Below, in pieces: positions 61,701 to 64,000 of a stretch of 64,000 bases of DNA. Made by a program: the position numbers and the translations under genes. The notes under the pieces are model-generated. The model saw nothing but the letters and a program-made list of their open reading frames with translations. It was not told where the DNA came from and searched no databases. Origin of the DNA: Candidatus Eiseniibacteriota bacterium (GTDB lineage: Bacteria; Eisenbacteria; RBG-16-71-46; CAZAMP01); contig OZ245046.1 of NCBI GenBank assembly GCA_965224245.1, positions 1,984,001-2,048,000 on the forward strand, read 5' to 3'. Numbering within the stretch: the stretch's first letter is position 1; each line of letters opens with the position of its first letter.

Positions 61701-62285
61701 GACCGCGGGCTCGACCTCGATGGCACCGACGAGCGGGGCTCCGGCGCCGGCGACGCCGCGAACCTCGAGCCGCCCGTCGTCGACGTCGACGAGCACCCGG
61801 CGCCGAAACGCGTAGTCCTTCTCGACGCGCGAGAATACGTCGAGCTCGTCCACGACGATCTCGTCCTCGGCTCGGATGTCGAACCGCCGAAAGCCCGGTC
61901 CGTGCTGGTCGATCTCCATCAGGTGCAGCGTCAGGACGTACGCGCCCGGAGCCAGGTCGAAGCGATACTCCCAGATCCCTTCCCGCCCGACCAGGTAGAG
62001 CTCTTTGTCCTGCGTGCCGCCGAGGAACCATCGACTGGTCAACGCGGACGCGAGAACCGAGCCCCCCACGTAGCCGTACCCGACGCCCGTGCTGTAGGCG
62101 CGATCGGCGACGAACGTCAGCCCGGCGACGGATTCGTATCCCTCGGTGGTGTCACCGCACTGAAGTCGCACGGTCTGTGCCGGACACGAGGTGGGACGAG
62201 CGCCCCAGAGTGCGATCGACGCGAGGACCGCCCCGAGCCACGAGGTCCGGGACACGCGTGGGAGTGCCGTCACGATCACCACCAT
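58797..62285 (-). CDS. Secreted CotH-family kinase: malectin + FN3 + CotH + two lamin-tail domains + T9SS/FlgD-type C-terminal domain
   Basis: Signal peptide; malectin (Y.L.LH..EI...G.R.FD); FN3 (GYVIYRS..YTYRV.A.D..GNE); CotH (RGNS...KKSYK, WDLD); LTD (NE..A.N...DW.EI.N, twice); SPNP..YDVAGR..GVYF. Confidence 0.82.
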   Translation of the reverse strand: MVVIVTALPRVSRTSWLGAVLASIALWGARPTSCPAQTVRLQCGDTTEGYESVAGLTFVADRAYSTGVGYGYVGGSVLASALTSRWFLGGTQDKELYLVGREGIWEYRFDLAPGAYVLTLHLMEIDQHGPGFRRFDIRAEDEIVVDELDVFSRVEKDYAFRRRVLVDVDDGRLEVRGVAGAGAPLVGAIEVEPAVPDAEPPPAPGAFAAVDLYEATLLTWGVATAADIAGYVIYRSTDGTQFDPIAVTDDFPRRHVDATADVGVPYTYRVAARDVYGNEGPASAVGQATALPRTATLLPVYTLTLTDDALTDLNRDVWSDELVPCRFAYGGYGLPYSAVRYRGNSARELHKKSYKLDFGEGVLFEGQSRLNLNGDFGDNSLLRNRLGLLLAARLDVPAPTNRPCRLFLNDTDRGVFGAVEDVDERFLERVGLDPAGDLYKCSDTLVPLGSAAAYRAQYENQLGDPGDLATLIAFIEELNSVSEADFPAWVGANVALDEVLTEYALNILIANNDFTGENYFLHRDGSTGRWSIVPWDLDSTFRDAQRAIDHGTPGSPDAHGHNVLITRLLDVDLFRYAYVQHLSRALEGPFEETVMWASVDSLFAEIELEGIRDIHKIDFESSAGFLARPMELKTFVTDRIAHLGTEIPGFAPDPGGFVVVNELMARNDTTLTDEFGDHDDWVEIFNPTGVSFGLAGVGLTDDVTQPHKWVFPDVTLGPGEWMMVWLDGEPEEGPLHAGFKLSAEGEEVALFDRVVAGARRIDHVRFGPLAPDVSWGRFPDGSGFITSFATATPGAANSVAGNLAPVVTHVSREPTHPGPTEPVALTAHVTDDGEVSDVTVHVEVDGVPAGAIALLDDGVSGDGDVGDGVYGGVIPGFADGTDVAYFLEAIDDAGATRHDPLDAAEVGGGRHRYRVGFAPVALRINEFLASNTSGHTDEAGETDDWIEIRNCGASTVSTAGLTLTDDLGEPAAWSVPPVLLEPDAYLVIWADGDVGQGALHAPFALSAAGEEIGLFQPGPFGLALVDSVRFGPQSSNVSRGRLPDCASSWSTFAVPSPGAANGSLLEIAEAGPPPARPRVRVSPNPGRGLPRVQVTLPRAGRVQLCVYDVAGRRLGTPTTAMLTTGSNTLTWPVPGRRLAAGVYFLEARTQGVRDVVRVVLLP

Positions 62286-62408
62286 GTCAGGGAAGACGTT
62301 CGTCCGGTCGGGATCAGAATGCCGTCATGATACCGCGGATCGCCGCTCCTCGGGACTCCGGGACCGGGGACCGGGGACGAGACTCACCCGGTGCCGGGGC
62401 GCTCGGCG

Positions 62409-63251
62409 TCAATCGAGGGGCCGATCGGCCGGACCGGTCTCCGCGGTCCCGCCCGGATGGTCGTCCAGCTCCTCGAGGCGGATGAGCGCGTCGCGCGCCG
62501 CGAACTGCTCGGCCTCCTTCTTGTTCCGGCCGACACCGCTCCCGAGAACGGTGCCCCGGACCGCCACGTCCACGATGAACGTCTTGGCGTGGTCCGGGCC
62601 GTTCTCCTCGCGCACCCGGTACCGGGGCTGGCTGTGGGACGTGCTCTGCACGTGCTCCTGGAGCAGGCTCTTGAAGTTGAGATGGGTTCGGTCGGACAGG
62701 ATCCGCTCGGCGTCGGCCAGGAGCGAGCGCTCGATGAACAGGCGGGCGGCCGTCATGCCCTGATCGAGGTAGATGGCGCCCACGACGGCCTCGTAGCTGT
62801 CCGAGAGGATCGAGTCGCGATCACGTCCACCCGACTCGTGCTCGGCGTCGCTCAGCAGGAGGAAGCGCCCCAGCCCCAGCTCGCGCGACTTGCGGGCCAG
62901 TATCGCCCGGGAGACCAGAAGCGAGCGGTGCTTGGTCAGCTCGCCCTCGCGGCTCTCGGGGAACCGCCGGTACAGGAACTCGTTCACCACGAGTTCCAGG
63001 ACCGAGTCGCCCAGGAACTCCATGCGCTCGTTGGAGGAGATGTCGAGCGCCTGCTCGCCGACGTACGAGCGGTGCGTCAGCGCCTGGGACAGCAGCCGTC
63101 CGTCACCGAACCCGATGCCGAGCGCACGCTCGAACCCGGCCACGGCGGCCGCCGACGCCGACGCGTGCGCGATGCCGGGGTCGGGCCGGACGGGCGCCGG
63201 AGTCTGGGCCGGGCGCCACCGGCGTGTCAGTGCGCTAAGGAACCGCCTCAC
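62409..63251 (-). CDS. rnc: Ribonuclease III
   Basis: ALTHRS, NERMEFLGDSVL, D.YEA..GAIYLD, dsRBD with GPDH.K.F and KKEAEQ.AA. Confidence 0.97.
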   Translation of the reverse strand: MRRFLSALTRRWRPAQTPAPVRPDPGIAHASASAAAVAGFERALGIGFGDGRLLSQALTHRSYVGEQALDISSNERMEFLGDSVLELVVNEFLYRRFPESREGELTKHRSLLVSRAILARKSRELGLGRFLLLSDAEHESGGRDRDSILSDSYEAVVGAIYLDQGMTAARLFIERSLLADAERILSDRTHLNFKSLLQEHVQSTSHSQPRYRVREENGPDHAKTFIVDVAVRGTVLGSGVGRNKKEAEQFAARDALIRLEELDDHPGGTAETGPADRPLD

Positions 63252-63395
63252 GAGCCGATCTCCGACGGTGAACCGAGCGGTGCGAAGCCGACGCGATGGG
63301 CGCGAACGCGATCGGGCACGCCGAACGATCCGCCGCGCGCGGGCGGCCGCGCGGGCGGGTCGTCAGTCGAGTCGGGCGGCGCACGCCTCGACGTG

Positions 63396-64000
63396 TCAGG
63401 GAACGTACGCCTTGACGGCCAGCGTCGCGTTGTGACCTCCGAACCCCAGCGAGTTCGAGATCGCGACGCCGACGCGTTGCTCGCGAGCCTGGTTCGGCAC
63501 GTAGTCCAGATCGCACTCCGGATCGGGCTCGGTGTAGTTGATCGTGGGCGGGATGACGCCCGTACGAACCACCTGAGCCGCGACCAGGAACTCCAGGGCA
63601 CCCGCCGCCCCGAGAAGGTGGCCGGTCATCGATTTCGTGCTGCTGACCGCAAGCCGCCGCGCATGCTCACCGAACACGGTGTGGACGGCCAACGTCTCGA
63701 ACTTGTCATTGAGCGGCGTCGACGTCCCGTGCGCGTTCAGGTAGTCCACCCCGGCCGGCTCGAGGCCGGCGTCGTCGATTGCCGCCTTCATCGCGCGGGC
63801 GGCGCCATCGCCGCCCGGCGACGGTGCGGTGATGTGATACGCGTCCCCGGTGGCGCCGTAACCGGCGAACTCGGCGATGATCGTGGCGTCTCGCCCGAGC
63901 GCATGATCGAGGCTCTCGAGCACCACGAGCGCGGAGCCCTCCCCCAGGACGAACCCATCGCGCCCCTTGTCGAACGGGCGACTCGCCGCCTCCGGCGGAT
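63396..64000 (-). CDS. fabF: Beta-ketoacyl-ACP synthase II, C-terminal part (5' end outside window)
   Basis: [50 protein letters not shown]. Confidence 0.96.
   Translation of the reverse strand, partial: PPEAASRPFDKGRDGFVLGEGSALVVLESLDHALGRDATIIAEFAGYGATGDAYHITAPSPGGDGAARAMKAAIDDAGLEPAGVDYLNAHGTSTPLNDKFETLAVHTVFGEHARRLAVSSTKSMTGHLLGAAGALEFLVAAQVVRTGVIPPTINYTEPDPECDLDYVPNQAREQRVGVAISNSLGFGGHNATLAVKAYVP

Noticed and set aside
59286-62330. Very long antisense ORFs (e.g. 59286..62330, 37746..40181, 22611..24968, 17160..19355, 32042..34234)
   Set aside because: Shadow frames opposite well-supported genes, expected at this GC content; no recognisable motifs.
63252-63395. GC-rich inverted repeats between fabF and rnc
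   Set aside because: Imperfect, no U-tract, and expected by chance at this GC level.

Overview
Very GC-rich bacterial chromosome segment from a diderm organism. SprA plus a protein with a T9SS/FlgD-type C-terminal sorting domain suggests an FCB-superphylum lineage; this is inference only. Left to right it holds: (1) a Wzx/Wzy-type exopolysaccharide locus (1-14.8 kb) with GT4/GT2 enzymes, a priming transferase, Wzy, Wzx, Wzz, Wza, an ExeA-like ATPase, a degenerate BY-kinase and an unexplained nucleotidyltransferase + phosphodiesterase pair; (2) the core rimP-nusA-infB-DUF503-rbfA-truB-ribF-rpsO-pnp-dut operon; (3) a ~2340-aa SprA-like T9SS translocon divergent from lptF-lptG; (4) a small stand-alone gene, hidden at the 3' end of a spurious longer ORF, encoding a prokaryotic histone-fold protein with a Lys/Arg/Ser-rich N-terminal tail and its own near-consensus promoter and RBS (the top finding); (5) a TPR-ECF sigma-anti-sigma-HtrA-like-DUF4837-aroB-aroQ-accB-pilT-accC run; (6) a lipoprotein, a FadL-like barrel and a FemAB-like GNAT; (7) a 10-gene Mrp antiporter operon with three large subunits; (8) a secreted malectin-FN3-CotH-LTD protein; then rnc and a partial fabF. 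No tRNA, rRNA, CRISPR array or mobile element was recognised. All calls come from motif recognition by eye; no searches were run.
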